In this document: in pieces, positions 51,972 to 63,071 of the stretch | Layout: every line of letters starts with the position of its first letter | How positions within the stretch are numbered: the first letter of the stretch is position 1 | Assembly (NCBI GenBank): GCA_977017575.1 | Contig: CDRNVI010000074.1 | Location: 1 to 64,000, forward strand | Length of the DNA stretch: 64,000 bases | Source of the DNA: Paramoeba atlantica | Lineage: Eukaryota > Protista > Discosea | Direction of reading: 5' to 3' | The notes under the pieces: model-generated | What the model was told of the DNA's origin: nothing | The model's input: only the letters and a program-made list of their open reading frames with translations | Database searches by the model: none | Program-made: the position numbers and the translations under genes

Positions 51972-53579
51972 AACCTAGGGACACGAATAAGTTAGCCCCT
52001 TACTTTTTGCATGAAGGGGCCTAAGGGGTTTATGACACCACTTTGTCGTTCACAATTTCGAGATCTACACGGTCCCGCTGGTTTTAGCCACTTTCAAAGT
52101 ATTAGAACAAAACTTTTTTTTTTTTAAATCCGACACGATTTTTTTTCCATGGTGAAATCCAAGTACCGTCTCCCAAAAGGGGGGTTAACGCAGATGGGAA
52201 AAGTCTTGTTGCATATGCGCTTTCAAGAGGGTATTCCAAAGAAGCGACTAGCACGGGATTTCAATGTTTCTATCAAAATTGGGGTTCAGGGCACGTTCTT
52301 TGAATGTTCAACGAACGGGCACTCAGTTCGTTGAAGACTCAACGAACGGACACTCAGTTCGTTTAACACTTAACGAACGGTTTTCGGAAAATTCAACTTT
52401 TCAAAAACCGTTCGAAAAAGAAAAAAATATTTGTTTTTTTAGAAAAAATGGCTCCATTCGTTTTCGAAAGTGTAAGCATTCTATAAGAGATTTTCAGAAA
52501 TTTCATTTTCATCGAGCCCTAACAGCGCCACAATTCCGCAGTGTTGAAGACAACTTCGTAGTTTCGAAGCAGATCCTTGCAGATTCCCATGCGAGGAAGT
52601 CGTCGGCGCAGGGTAAAAAGGCAGAAGGCGTATAGTAGTAGGGGGGGGTAGTAGTATTTCTCCTAAAGATATTGCTGGAGTGCCCATACACAGCAGCGCT
52701 AGAAAGATAGCAGGTAAATTGAAAAGAAAAGGTATTTTCGTTAGCAAAAAGACCGTAAGGCGTGGCTTAGTAGCTATGAAGTACACGTATTCCCCACGAC
52801 CTATTACTATGGCTTTAAGTACTCGCCAAAAGGAAAGAAGAGTTGATTTTGCTTCCACTTGGAGTGGTGATTCAAAGATAATAATTTTTTCTAATGAGAA
52901 GATTTTTGATACGAATGATAAACGACAAAAGATGTGGGTTGCCCCAGGAGAAAAGGCCGTTCCCAGGCAGAGAATGCGTTGGGCGCCCAAATGTCATGTG
53001 TGGGGTGCCATTGGAGTTGGATGGCGTTACCTTGTGGTTCTACCATCCAACAGTGCAATCACAAGTGAAACTTATGTAGAAACGCTGCGTAAGGTTCCCT
53101 TTCCCCGTAAATTTATTTTTCAGCAAGATGGGGCGGGTGCACATAAGGCCAAAAATACGAAAAACTATCTTCTTACTTCAAAAATTGAATACATAACAAA
53201 CTGGCCGGCTAATTCTCCCGACCTTAATCCTATTGAGAACGTGTGGGAAATGATTCAACAAAGTGTAAATGAAATGAATCCGTCTTGTACTATTTCTCTA
53301 ATTAAGTGCGTAAAGAAAGCTTTTGCGAATATTGGTGAATCTGAGCTTGACCGCACTGTTTTAAGTTTCGACTAAAAGCTGGAAGTTTGCAAAAAAAATG
53401 GTGGCGAGAAAGTGAAAAAATGGTAATACTAAATTCATATTTTATTGGTTCCCAGTTTTATTCGCTATATGATATGCGCAAACAAGCGTCACCGAGATCT
53501 GCAAAATGCAACAAAAATTAGCCCAAACGAAGACTTTACACAAATTTTAGAGGGGGGTGACTTATCATGTCCCTAGGTT
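51972..53579 (+). mobile_element. Near-complete Tc1/IS630-like transposon; transposase about 52149-53426, disrupted
   Basis: TIR AACCTAGGGACA..ATAAGT at both ends. IIFSNEK (D to N), FQQDGAGAH, NSPDLNPIENVW. Insertion at about 52280-52470 and premature TAA at 53373. Confidence 0.85.
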
Positions 53580-53782
53580 TATACCTGTATTTATTTTTAT
53601 ACTTGTATCTATCTGAGCTGATACGTTTAGTGATCACAACGCGTAGCCTGTAGATTGTTGAGATGCATTGTAAAAAAGATTTGGTACACTCTTTTAATGA
53701 AAAAAAATATATTTCAGTCAGAGCATTCTTTACTTTGTACATTCGGTTTTCACTGGAAACTACTTATCTAGAGGTATACCTC

Positions 53783-55672
53783 ATGACCGAATTTAATACT
53801 CGAGACGAGACAAAGCAATCCGGAAGCGTCGTGTTGTCCTGGGAACATTTGAACTACTCGGTTAGAGTAAACAAGAAGACAGCACCTTGCAATATATTAA
53901 TAAATGTGAGCGGTACAGCTCGACCTTTTCGATTGCTCGCCGTAATGGGCGCTAGTGGGGCGGGGAAGTCTACCCTCTTGAATGTTTTGAGTGATCGGTT
54001 ACGTACAGATCAAAATCACGTACTGTCTGGTAACATTTCGTTAGATCAAGAGCCCTGGGCTTCGAAACATCGCTCCCTAGCTGCCTTCGTAACTCAAGAC
54101 GATATCCTGTTCGAAACTGCAACTCCATTCGAAGAGTTGTATTTCTCGGCTCGCGTTCGAGCAGGAATGTCACCCGAGCGTGCCAAAGCGCGTACGGAGG
54201 AGGTATTAAAGCAACTGTTGCTTTCAGACTGTAAGAACACCGTTATTGGGACCCCAGGATTGGTTCGAGGACTCTCGGGAGGGGAACGTAAGCGCACCAA
54301 CATCGCTGTGGAACTCATCACGAACCCCAAGATTTTATTGCTTGATGAACCAACGAGCGGGCTTGACTCTGTAACAGCTGAAACAGTTATGCAACTTTTA
54401 CATGATCTGGCACGCAGCGGACACACCGTTGTGTGCACGATTCATCAACCGTCGGCTGATGTTGTTGCTACATTTGACGACCTGCTTCTACTCGTGAAGG
54501 GACAAGTAATATATGATGGGCCATGTCGTCACGCAATACAGTATTTCGCAGCATTGGGATTTGTATGTCCGGATCATCATACTCCAACAGATTATTTTAT
54601 GGTACTCATGCAAGATGAGAGCATAGGCGAAAAACTGATAATAGACTGGCAGAATCGAAAGAAAGGCGACTTATCCGCTGGATCCACAACAAGAGTTGAT
54701 GAAAACGTGAAGACGCAAAAACCTCAAAAAAACAAATGTACAGCTACTTTCTCTGCCGCAACCGCTATCGATACACCTAGTTCCACGCTAGTAGAGAAAT
54801 GCAGCAAGACTTCAACCCCAATGACACAACTGTACGAGCTCACTACACGTTCATACCGCAATCTCCTACGCGACCGGTTTTTTATGACGGCGCAAATGGT
54901 ACAAGCCATGGGATTCGGTTTGATCATTGGTCTGGTCTTTATGAAGTTGGGAACCGATCAGACTTCGGTACAAGATCGCATGGGATTGCTCTTCATGTTG
55001 ACTACATTCACGATGTTCTCCGGAGCAATGGGTGTTGTGAATACCATCTCCAAAGAAAAAGCTGTTTTTCTTCGTGAACAACACGCAGGAGCGTACTCCC
55101 CGTTGTGGTACTTCCTGGGAAAAGGAATCGCTGAGACCCCTTTCCACATTGGTCTTGCCGTTCTCATGTTCACCATAGTGTACCTTATCACAGGTCTCAG
55201 TCCCACAGCCACGGTATATTTTGCCCTCTGTGGTACGATGGTACTCTCCTACCTCTGTGGCACAAGTCTTGGCATGTTAGTGAGTACGTGCTGCCCGAAT
55301 TTCCATGTCGCCTCTGCGGTAGTTCCTGTTGTAATTGTACCCATGCTACTCAGTGGGGGACTACTCGCGAGTTCGGGACGATTAGACCCTTACTGGTTAT
55401 GGCTAGAAAAGATTAGTATTGTGCGATATGCCTTTGTCGCAATGTCGCGTCTGGAATTTACTAGTCTGCATCACATTGACTGTGACATCGAGAAGTACGG
55501 AAGCCTCTGCGAGCGTATGTTTCACAAAGGGTCGGATGTGATTCGCTCATACGGATTTGATACCCGAGTCAACGAGTATTGGGTATTGTATTTGTCAATG
55601 GCAGGGATTTTCGTGCTGTTGCGTGTACTGGCATTTCTTGCATTACATCGTATCGCGAGGAAAAAGTTGTAG
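53783..55672 (+). CDS. ABCG: ABCG half-transporter (White family)
   Basis: Walker A GASGAGKS, signature LSGGERKR, Walker B LLLDEPTSGLD, TIHQPS, followed by a TM domain. ATG at 53783. Confidence 0.95.
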   Translation: MTEFNTRDETKQSGSVVLSWEHLNYSVRVNKKTAPCNILINVSGTARPFRLLAVMGASGAGKSTLLNVLSDRLRTDQNHVLSGNISLDQEPWASKHRSLAAFVTQDDILFETATPFEELYFSARVRAGMSPERAKARTEEVLKQLLLSDCKNTVIGTPGLVRGLSGGERKRTNIAVELITNPKILLLDEPTSGLDSVTAETVMQLLHDLARSGHTVVCTIHQPSADVVATFDDLLLLVKGQVIYDGPCRHAIQYFAALGFVCPDHHTPTDYFMVLMQDESIGEKLIIDWQNRKKGDLSAGSTTRVDENVKTQKPQKNKCTATFSAATAIDTPSSTLVEKCSKTSTPMTQLYELTTRSYRNLLRDRFFMTAQMVQAMGFGLIIGLVFMKLGTDQTSVQDRMGLLFMLTTFTMFSGAMGVVNTISKEKAVFLREQHAGAYSPLWYFLGKGIAETPFHIGLAVLMFTIVYLITGLSPTATVYFALCGTMVLSYLCGTSLGMLVSTCCPNFHVASAVVPVVIVPMLLSGGLLASSGRLDPYWLWLEKISIVRYAFVAMSRLEFTSLHHIDCDIEKYGSLCERMFHKGSDVIRSYGFDTRVNEYWVLYLSMAGIFVLLRVLAFLALHRIARKKL

Positions 55673-56034
55673 AAACTGAAAAAACAAGTGAGTTTTTATT
55701 TTAGTATCTGTATATTAAGGCGTTTCTGCTAATATCTGTGTATACAACGACGAAACCTACATGGAGGGTGATATTGCGACCTCATGAACTTCAGTACATG
55801 ACGGGTTAGAAAGTGTGTATAGCCACCGTTACATGTATGTCATCGGCTACATGTATTTGTGTCATCCATTCAGTAAATCCATACAAAATTGGAATTAACG
55901 AAAGATTGTGGTGCAATGAAGTAACTTTCAATCATTGTTTTTTTTTTGCTTATTTGTCTCTATAGAAAATCCTTTTATAAATATCATTGTTCTTGAATTT
56001 TAGTTTATCTAACACGCGGTTTTATAAAATTTCC

Positions 56035-56685
56035 ATGAAAAGGAAAGAGTTTCTCTCCTTTGATGACTACTTTATGAGTGTGGCACTGTTGTCTGCGCAA
56101 CGCTCCAAAGATCCCAACCGTCAAGTTGGGGCATGTATCGTCAACGCCTCTCAACGTATCGTTGGGATCGGGTACAACGGATTTCCCACGGGTTGCTCGG
56201 ATGATGTGTTGCCCTGGAAGGGACGGGAGGATCCAACTCGCAAGGAATCCGCCCCGATGACCGTCACACATTCCATGCTTGAGACGAAATATCCTTATGT
56301 ATGTCATGCAGAGCTGAACGCGATTATGAACTCCAACATGGAGTTGCGCGGCTGTGTTATTTACTGTACTCTGTTTCCCTGCAACGAGTGTGCTAAGCTG
56401 ATTATACAAAGTGGAATTTGTGAGGTGATATACTTGAGTGATAAGAACCACAACGAGCCCTCCTGGGTGGCCTCTCGCAGGTTACTAGAACTTGGAGGAA
56501 TCAAATACGCGGCCCATTCTCCTGAGACACATTCCATTAGTCTCTCCCTGCAAGAGTCGGCGGAACCAGCATGCATTAAACGTGCTGTTCACCATCGGAG
56601 AAGATTCTCGCGAGAAGAATTCGTGTTGTTAAGTATGGTGGCTATTGTCTGCTGTCGGTACGCGATCGACTACTTCAGGAAGTAA
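56035..56685 (+). CDS. DCTD: dCMP deaminase with a hydrophobic C-terminal tail
   Basis: YFMSVALLSAQRSKDPNRQVGACIV, GYNG, CHAELNAI, TLFPCNECAKLIIQSGI. Confidence 0.93.
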   Translation: MKRKEFLSFDDYFMSVALLSAQRSKDPNRQVGACIVNASQRIVGIGYNGFPTGCSDDVLPWKGREDPTRKESAPMTVTHSMLETKYPYVCHAELNAIMNSNMELRGCVIYCTLFPCNECAKLIIQSGICEVIYLSDKNHNEPSWVASRRLLELGGIKYAAHSPETHSISLSLQESAEPACIKRAVHHRRRFSREEFVLLSMVAIVCCRYAIDYFRK

Positions 56686-56862
56686 AAATGACAACTTCTT
56701 GAAATTTCTTTCACAAATGTGCGCTATCGTGTATTCAATGAAGGTACGAAAAAGAACTACTGTACACTCTTACGATATAACGTACTGCTCAGTTTCACGT
56801 AATTCTTTTTCGAGGTATATGTTGTTTTTTAAGCTTTTGTCTCTGCTTAAATATTTCGTAGA

Positions 56863-58002
56863 ATGACAAGCTCAAGAGCATCCCGTTTGCGCATTCTTGA
56901 GCTTCTTAGTTCTAAGGCACGAGATCTAAAACTTGATATCACCCATCATTGGCGACGTAGAAATACAGACTTCATGTCTACATATTTTCACCAAGGTTGG
57001 TCAAAAGCTGAAAACCTTCTAAACATTACAAACAACTCCATGCGATCCATTTCACGCGGATCCTTAAGTCTGCACAGGGTCGTGACCGGAATAGGAATTA
57101 CAACCATCTCACTAAGCTTGTGGCAACAAAGGTCGTACGGGGGTGCTGCCTGGGAGCATGCTTACACTAAATATTTCCCCCAATACACAGACTCAGGGAA
57201 AAGAATTTTAATACCTCCGAAAAAGAAAGATACACAATTTCGGCGTACCTTAGTCTTAGACATGGATGAAATGCTTGTGGGAAATGCTTCCGATGCGAAC
57301 GTGTCCCCCGACGACATCAGTTTTCACAAATTTAGAGACAGGTCGTACATTCATATTCATCGCCCTTACCTTGCTCAATTTCTCCAGTATGCGTCAGAGA
57401 ATTTTGAAGTTGTTCTTTGGACAGCTGGAACGCCCGGTTATGCAAATGAGTGCGTAAGAAATATTCTTCGCGCAACGAAACTGCCTGAAGCTGTGTTCGA
57501 TCACATTATTGCTCGCGATTCTGCATGGTTTCAAATCACCCCTAAAAGGTGGTATCGCAAAGACTTAGCCCAACTTGGGCGCTTGCTAGAAGATACAATG
57601 ATGATTGAGAATGCCCCCGTAGTGGAGCCTCACACTCATTGCATTTTGGTCCCAGATTACCGGTATCCTATTGTGATGGATAATCACGTTCCAAACTCCC
57701 CCCTAAGCCTAACAGCGCAAGGTTGGCTTTCAACTCTTCGAAAGCCGAAAAATGGGGCAAGCATTGATAGAAATATATCCAATTTCGAAGCTGTTAGCAA
57801 TGTTCATGTGAATTACGATCAAACACTGCGAATGCTCATTCCAGTGTTGGAGCGATGGAAGGATTCTTCCTTAGACACATCCGAGTTTCTTAGAAAGGAG
57901 TCTACAGATGGTGCACTACGCTTATCGCCTATAAGAGTTCCTCGCGAAAATGATCCAACACTATTCGTGACTTTGCCGCTTTACAAAGCAAAAGTAGAGT
58001 AG
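56863..58002 (+). CDS. NIF/FCP1-like HAD-family protein with one TM segment (TIM50-like)
   Basis: TLVLDMDEMLV, RPYL.QFL, FEVVLWTAG..GYA, KDLAQLGR. Basic N-terminus and a hydrophobic segment near residues 70-88. Confidence 0.75.
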   Translation: MTSSRASRLRILELLSSKARDLKLDITHHWRRRNTDFMSTYFHQGWSKAENLLNITNNSMRSISRGSLSLHRVVTGIGITTISLSLWQQRSYGGAAWEHAYTKYFPQYTDSGKRILIPPKKKDTQFRRTLVLDMDEMLVGNASDANVSPDDISFHKFRDRSYIHIHRPYLAQFLQYASENFEVVLWTAGTPGYANECVRNILRATKLPEAVFDHIIARDSAWFQITPKRWYRKDLAQLGRLLEDTMMIENAPVVEPHTHCILVPDYRYPIVMDNHVPNSPLSLTAQGWLSTLRKPKNGASIDRNISNFEAVSNVHVNYDQTLRMLIPVLERWKDSSLDTSEFLRKESTDGALRLSPIRVPRENDPTLFVTLPLYKAKVE

Positions 58003-58509
58003 AAAACTAGTTATTTTTTCCGATGAGGGCATCGATATATGATAAGCATATTGAGAATATGACAATAATTGTGGATGTGTCAAAATCTGGTTAATTCGCA
58101 TTACCGAAGTCCTGGGGTTTTCAAAAAAGAGTGCCAATTAAATATTATTAGAGACATGAGAGCGAACCTAAAATGTTCGTATAGGTTTCGTGGGCGATAT
58201 TGTGCTAAAACTACGAAAAATCAGCTAAAAATTGAACTTGTATACTATACTTTGCCTGTAATATCATCTTCTCTAATCAACTTAGTTTTCGGTAACATTC
58301 TTATTGTGTGATAGCAATGTTCGGGAGACGTTTTAGACCACTGAATCAAACATTGTTCGTTTATGAAGTGCTATCTCGACCTAGGGTCAAGCGTGTATCC
58401 GTGTCATGTAATTCCTTTTAGAAGTATCATGCACTGCGATCGATAAATCAGTCCGCCTATGATATAAAATCCTGCCTCTGAAATTTCTGAAGATCATTTG
58501 GCACAATTT

Positions 58510-59328
58510 ATGACTCAACCGAACTTTGCTGACCATTATTGGGAAGTGTTGCGCAATGTATCGCTTCCCAATCACATACGTGATAGTTACTTACGCGTTT
58601 ACCGAAGTAAAGAGAAGTGGATACCACCCGGAGAACGCTTGTCCTATCCATTCGTTCGCTGCGTGTGTTTCTTCCCCGACACTTCTCCGGAACGTGTTCT
58701 GAAAGCTATGTGCGATATATCTTCTCGATTGGCCTGGGACATTAATTATCGCATGTTTCGCCGAGTGGGCTGTGACGACGTGAAAAAGACAAATTCTGAT
58801 TCTGAAACGTTAGAGCAGTCAAAGGGCATGTACGACACAAAGTCTTTTATATCACCACGCGATCGAACTCCCATTTTTTGCCATCGTGTGGGGTTACCTC
58901 ATGTCGGATCCATTGGATTTCATTCTCGAATATTCTGCTACGAACGGTTTATTTCATGTTTGTCGAATGAATTCCCCGATGCGAAGAAAATTCTTTCGGA
59001 GGCAGAGAGTAATCCCAAAACGAAACCCACTTGCGCTGAGCATGCATCAAATGGCCTTTCTGGCTATTGTGTTCAATTTAAGAATCGTACTCCGGATTTG
59101 GAATGGAATATCCACGAGTCGCACGACGTTATGGCTCAAATATATTACCAAGAATATCGAATATGCGGCAGTAAGCGAGATGACATACTTGGAACAGAAC
59201 TTACGATGACTTCGTGCGCGGATGTCGAACCCCCTTGGTGGCTCCCGGATGGGATAAAAAAGACGATTATGACACACCTGACAACGCGTTCTTTCCTTTC
59301 ACTTTACACATATTTGGAGAACTCCTGA
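58510..59328 (+). CDS. START/SRPBCC-domain protein
   Basis: W.....LRVY...PFVR....FPD.SPE.V..A..D...RL.WD.NY and a terminal D...PWWLP motif plus amphipathic helix. Confidence 0.65.
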   Translation: MTQPNFADHYWEVLRNVSLPNHIRDSYLRVYRSKEKWIPPGERLSYPFVRCVCFFPDTSPERVLKAMCDISSRLAWDINYRMFRRVGCDDVKKTNSDSETLEQSKGMYDTKSFISPRDRTPIFCHRVGLPHVGSIGFHSRIFCYERFISCLSNEFPDAKKILSEAESNPKTKPTCAEHASNGLSGYCVQFKNRTPDLEWNIHESHDVMAQIYYQEYRICGSKRDDILGTELTMTSCADVEPPWWLPDGIKKTIMTHLTTRSFLSLYTYLENS

Positions 59329-59619
59329 CGCACAGAAGACTTCGTCATATTCTGCGGTATTTCAAATACCGTTTTTGTTTATACAAATACGAGCTTCAGG
59401 AACGGCCGGACGAAGCCAGTTTCACTTCTCTTTTTTCCTCATGCGAAATAAAATGTTGTCATTCGTCAGCCGTCATTTCAAATCAAGAGTTTTTTTTCAC
59501 TTCTAGCCTGTAAACCAATCGCCTAATTTGTTTTTCGGAGAAATACATTTATTCGAAGTCCTAAAAAAATTGTAGAAAGATTTTTCTTGATATTTGATGA
59601 CAGCGCTCCTTGTCATTTA

Positions 59620-60645
59620 ATGAAATCCGTCATACGATGCGCCCTGGACTACGCCGCACTGCCCCCACTGGAGCGAGGCACGGAATTTATTCAATCCCGA
59701 TTTCACTCCAAACACCATGCCATTGTGACCTATGCAGTGCCTCCAAAATATTTGGAAAAATTCTTTCACCAGCGTTACTGTTGTGATGTCTTCACACGAG
59801 AAACGGGCGAGCAACTCGGTTTCGTGAGTGTCGTCCTGTCCGTTTGTGAACCGCTACACCGCACGCGGCTTCAAAAACTCATTGATCCCCCGAGCTACAA
59901 TTGCATCAACTACCGTTGTCTCGTCCAGGACAGGGTGTTTTGGTGTCGAAGCTCATGGCAGTTTGGTACTTTCCTGAAGAGTTGGTACCATTGTCGAATT
60001 CCCCGAGTCGTCTATGGGTTGCCGCTGTTTGACGCAGCCGTGGGAATCGACGCCAAATTCAACGAAAAAGAGGAAAAATATGACCACTACGTAGCAAAGT
60101 GCGACGGACAGAATGGAGTCGGCAAGCTTGACCTGCAGATTTCGGACACAGGCCAACGATTGCTTGATTCTCCCACTCTTGAGGGTTTTGACTGCAACGA
60201 GTCTAGCCTCTGCGCACTGGCGTTTCCCACAGAATACGTTACCCGAGGGGAGGGGAACTGGGTGTATCGCCAAGCCGTCCAATGTGTGCCATTTCACCCG
60301 AATGTGGGAAAGCTTCAAGGAATACCTGAGTTGCCGTTCCTGACAGAACAACTTGAACTGGACCAGGCGGTGGATTTGAGCAACCCCCATAGTGTACTGC
60401 TACAACACACGGTTGAGGACGTGCAGGCGCTTACGCTGGAGAGTCATGTGGAGGACGACAATGAGCCGAACAGTGCGTCGGCGGTTTCAGGCGTGGATGA
60501 CCGTATCCAGCGCAGGGCCATGAATCGTAGTTTTCGTTTGCAAGGAGAGATTCGGGAGAAGACGTATGACGAGATGGATAGCGTACAAAAGCACAGATTT
60601 CGCACACATAACTATGTCCCGTCCTCTCTGGGGCGTCCGTTTTAG
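59620..60645 (+). CDS. DUF2071/YqjF-like protein
   Basis: IVTYAVPP..L...DVF...G.LGFVSVV...INYR..V...R.VYGLP..DA resembles DUF2071. Confidence 0.55.
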   Translation: MKSVIRCALDYAALPPLERGTEFIQSRFHSKHHAIVTYAVPPKYLEKFFHQRYCCDVFTRETGEQLGFVSVVLSVCEPLHRTRLQKLIDPPSYNCINYRCLVQDRVFWCRSSWQFGTFLKSWYHCRIPRVVYGLPLFDAAVGIDAKFNEKEEKYDHYVAKCDGQNGVGKLDLQISDTGQRLLDSPTLEGFDCNESSLCALAFPTEYVTRGEGNWVYRQAVQCVPFHPNVGKLQGIPELPFLTEQLELDQAVDLSNPHSVLLQHTVEDVQALTLESHVEDDNEPNSASAVSGVDDRIQRRAMNRSFRLQGEIREKTYDEMDSVQKHRFRTHNYVPSSLGRPF

Positions 60646-61112
60646 AGAGTCGTGTCGGTGGTATTACGTCACTGATTGCAGCGAAGTTACGCCATCCCTT
60701 AATTCCAAGATTAAAGCTTACAGTTGTAAACAGCTGCATTTACCCTTATCAAGTCATATTACTATTCTGTTCGATTGAGGTAAGTTTTGTAGCGTACCAT
60801 TTCGGCTATGTCTTGAACGTTCCGCTTGCGATGGAAGCAGAAAGGCGGAGCGGACCGTTTTCCCGAGACAGATCCTCCAATTTCATGAATGTTTGAGAAC
60901 GCTTGTCTCCTTTAATACTTACACTTCAATACTTACACTTTCGTCAAGGATGCAGGAAATGTTGATATACAGATTAAAATTGCTTTATAGCTGACACTCA
61001 TCATATTGAAGTTTCCTCTGAGAGTAAAAGAAGTGTAAAAAAAGAATCTACGCTCAAAAAAGAAAATACCCTCTTACTTTCGTCGTACCTCTACTATTTT
61101 CTCCTTTTTGCA

Positions 61113-63071
61113 ATGGTTTTTCCAAATACATTATCCCCGAGTAACCGTGTATGGCTACATAAGACTCGAACCATAGCCGTCCGCGCCGCGAGAAAGGTTT
61201 ATGGGGATGTTTTTTCATCGAACGATGCCACTCGCGGAGGACACATGCTACCATGGGAAGTACTCAGAAGCACACAAAATCGAAATGAGGCGAAGCGAGA
61301 GATCACACATCCGGCCCCTATTTACGAAACGTTTGAGCAGTATCACGTTCCTAAAGCAATTCGTGTAATGCTTGAGAAAGAATTCGGGATTACCACCCCA
61401 TCTCAAATACAAAAGCTTACCCTTCCTACTTTACTTCAGAGAACTAGCGTACTCGTAGCGGCCGCCTCCGGAACTGGTAAGACGATGTCCTATCTTCTTC
61501 CTATGTACCTTTGCATGCAGAAGGATCGGGACATATACAAAGTTCCCACACGAGAGTGTCGTCCAAGAGCAATTATCTTGGTTCCCACACAAGAATTATG
61601 CAGACAGATTTCTCGGTGGTGTAAAGAATTTGACAACGCAACTGGGCTTAAATCCGTAACGTTTATGGGAATGAAACGCTCTGGCCATCACTGGAATCGC
61701 CTACGTCAGTCCTCACATCGGCTTATGGATGTACTTATTACCACTCCTGCAATATTGAGTACCCGGATAGAGAATCGTAGGCTGTTTCTCGATGACATTC
61801 GCCATGTCGTTGTGGACGAGGCAGATACCCTTATATCTTATGCCCATGACTACACCGCACAACGGATTCTTAATCGAATTCGGGATAGAAACATCTATCA
61901 ATGGCTCTGGGAAGTAAACACACAGATCGTGTTGGTAAGCTCAGTCGTCACAGAATCCCTGACTCGATTTCTCGACAAATCGTTTCCCAAAATGCCACGT
62001 CTTGTCTCATCGGACCTTCATCGCCCAGCAGCCAACACGCGTCACCGATTTATCGAAATGAGACGCGAAAATTACAAATTGGATTGGCTGGCGTATATAT
62101 TACGTCGGTGTGGTTACAGACCACAGCAACGTAATGCACCCATAAGTCAGCTCTCAAGCGTTCCCCAATCCAGCGAACAGAAATCATTAGCCCCTATTGG
62201 GAGCACGTCTCGAACAAGTAGCACGGGTACTGGCTCCAAAACAAGTGTCCAGGACACGAATAAAAAGAGAATCCTGATTTTTAGCAGCGACATCAAAACT
62301 ACGATCGGTATCTTTTATAGGTTACAAGGCCGAGGCTATCCTGTGGCACAATTTCATGCACGTTTACCACTAAAAGAACGTGCCGAAACGTATGAAAAAT
62401 GGCTAAAAGGGGATGTAAATATTCTTTGTACGTCCGACATTATGTCTCGAGGCTTAGACGGGGGTGTGAATGTCGTTATAAACTACACGATGCCTAATCA
62501 TAGCGCACTGTATTTACAACGCGCCGGACGCACTGGTCAATGTGGAAGACCTGCAGCGGTTATTTCTCTATTTACATCTCGGCAAAGAACGATCGTCGGC
62601 GCGCTAAAGAATCTCCTTTTTCGAAATTTGCCTCTTACAAATGTGAGCAACTGGTGGGGTTACTACAAACCCACCGTTAAGCAATGGATCAAAAAACGAC
62701 GAAATAAGATGACGCGTAAGTTTGTTCGAATTATTCTTCGGAGAGCCGTAGCGCCCCATTTAGAGAAGACGTATCTCAAAACGAGCGGAACATTTGCTCC
62801 TCCGTTTCACCCAAGGACGGTAGAGTTTCACAAAGGTGTCCCGCCTCGTCAGACGGAAAAGAAACAGGACCGAGAGGCGTATAGGGCCTGGGAGGCCCGA
62901 CGTGGGCATCTTGCCGGAGTCAAGAAAGGGAGTGCGAAATTTGGCTGCGCGCGTCACGGACCATTCAATCGGAGCTTTAAACACATTGCCAATGGCACCG
63001 AAGGAGGCGACGTTGCCTTGATGCAGTCGCGACGAGAAGCGTACCGCCCATCTATCACGTCAAAATATTAA
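61113..63071 (+). CDS. DEAD-box RNA helicase, probably mitochondrial (DDX28/Mrh4-like)
   Basis: Q motif PSQIQ, AASGTGKT, PTQEL, DEAD, SRGLD, YLQRAGRTG. Basic N- and C-terminal extensions. Confidence 0.88.
   Translation: MVFPNTLSPSNRVWLHKTRTIAVRAARKVYGDVFSSNDATRGGHMLPWEVLRSTQNRNEAKREITHPAPIYETFEQYHVPKAIRVMLEKEFGITTPSQIQKLTLPTLLQRTSVLVAAASGTGKTMSYLLPMYLCMQKDRDIYKVPTRECRPRAIILVPTQELCRQISRWCKEFDNATGLKSVTFMGMKRSGHHWNRLRQSSHRLMDVLITTPAILSTRIENRRLFLDDIRHVVVDEADTLISYAHDYTAQRILNRIRDRNIYQWLWEVNTQIVLVSSVVTESLTRFLDKSFPKMPRLVSSDLHRPAANTRHRFIEMRRENYKLDWLAYILRRCGYRPQQRNAPISQLSSVPQSSEQKSLAPIGSTSRTSSTGTGSKTSVQDTNKKRILIFSSDIKTTIGIFYRLQGRGYPVAQFHARLPLKERAETYEKWLKGDVNILCTSDIMSRGLDGGVNVVINYTMPNHSALYLQRAGRTGQCGRPAAVISLFTSRQRTIVGALKNLLFRNLPLTNVSNWWGYYKPTVKQWIKKRRNKMTRKFVRIILRRAVAPHLEKTYLKTSGTFAPPFHPRTVEFHKGVPPRQTEKKQDREAYRAWEARRGHLAGVKKGSAKFGCARHGPFNRSFKHIANGTEGGDVALMQSRREAYRPSITSKY

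Noticed and set aside
52308-52380. CRISPR array
   Set aside because: Palindromic units are directly adjacent with no unique spacers.
53663-63071. Prokaryotic operon interpretation of the co-directional genes
   Set aside because: Genes are eukaryotic and functionally unrelated, with no Shine-Dalgarno pattern.
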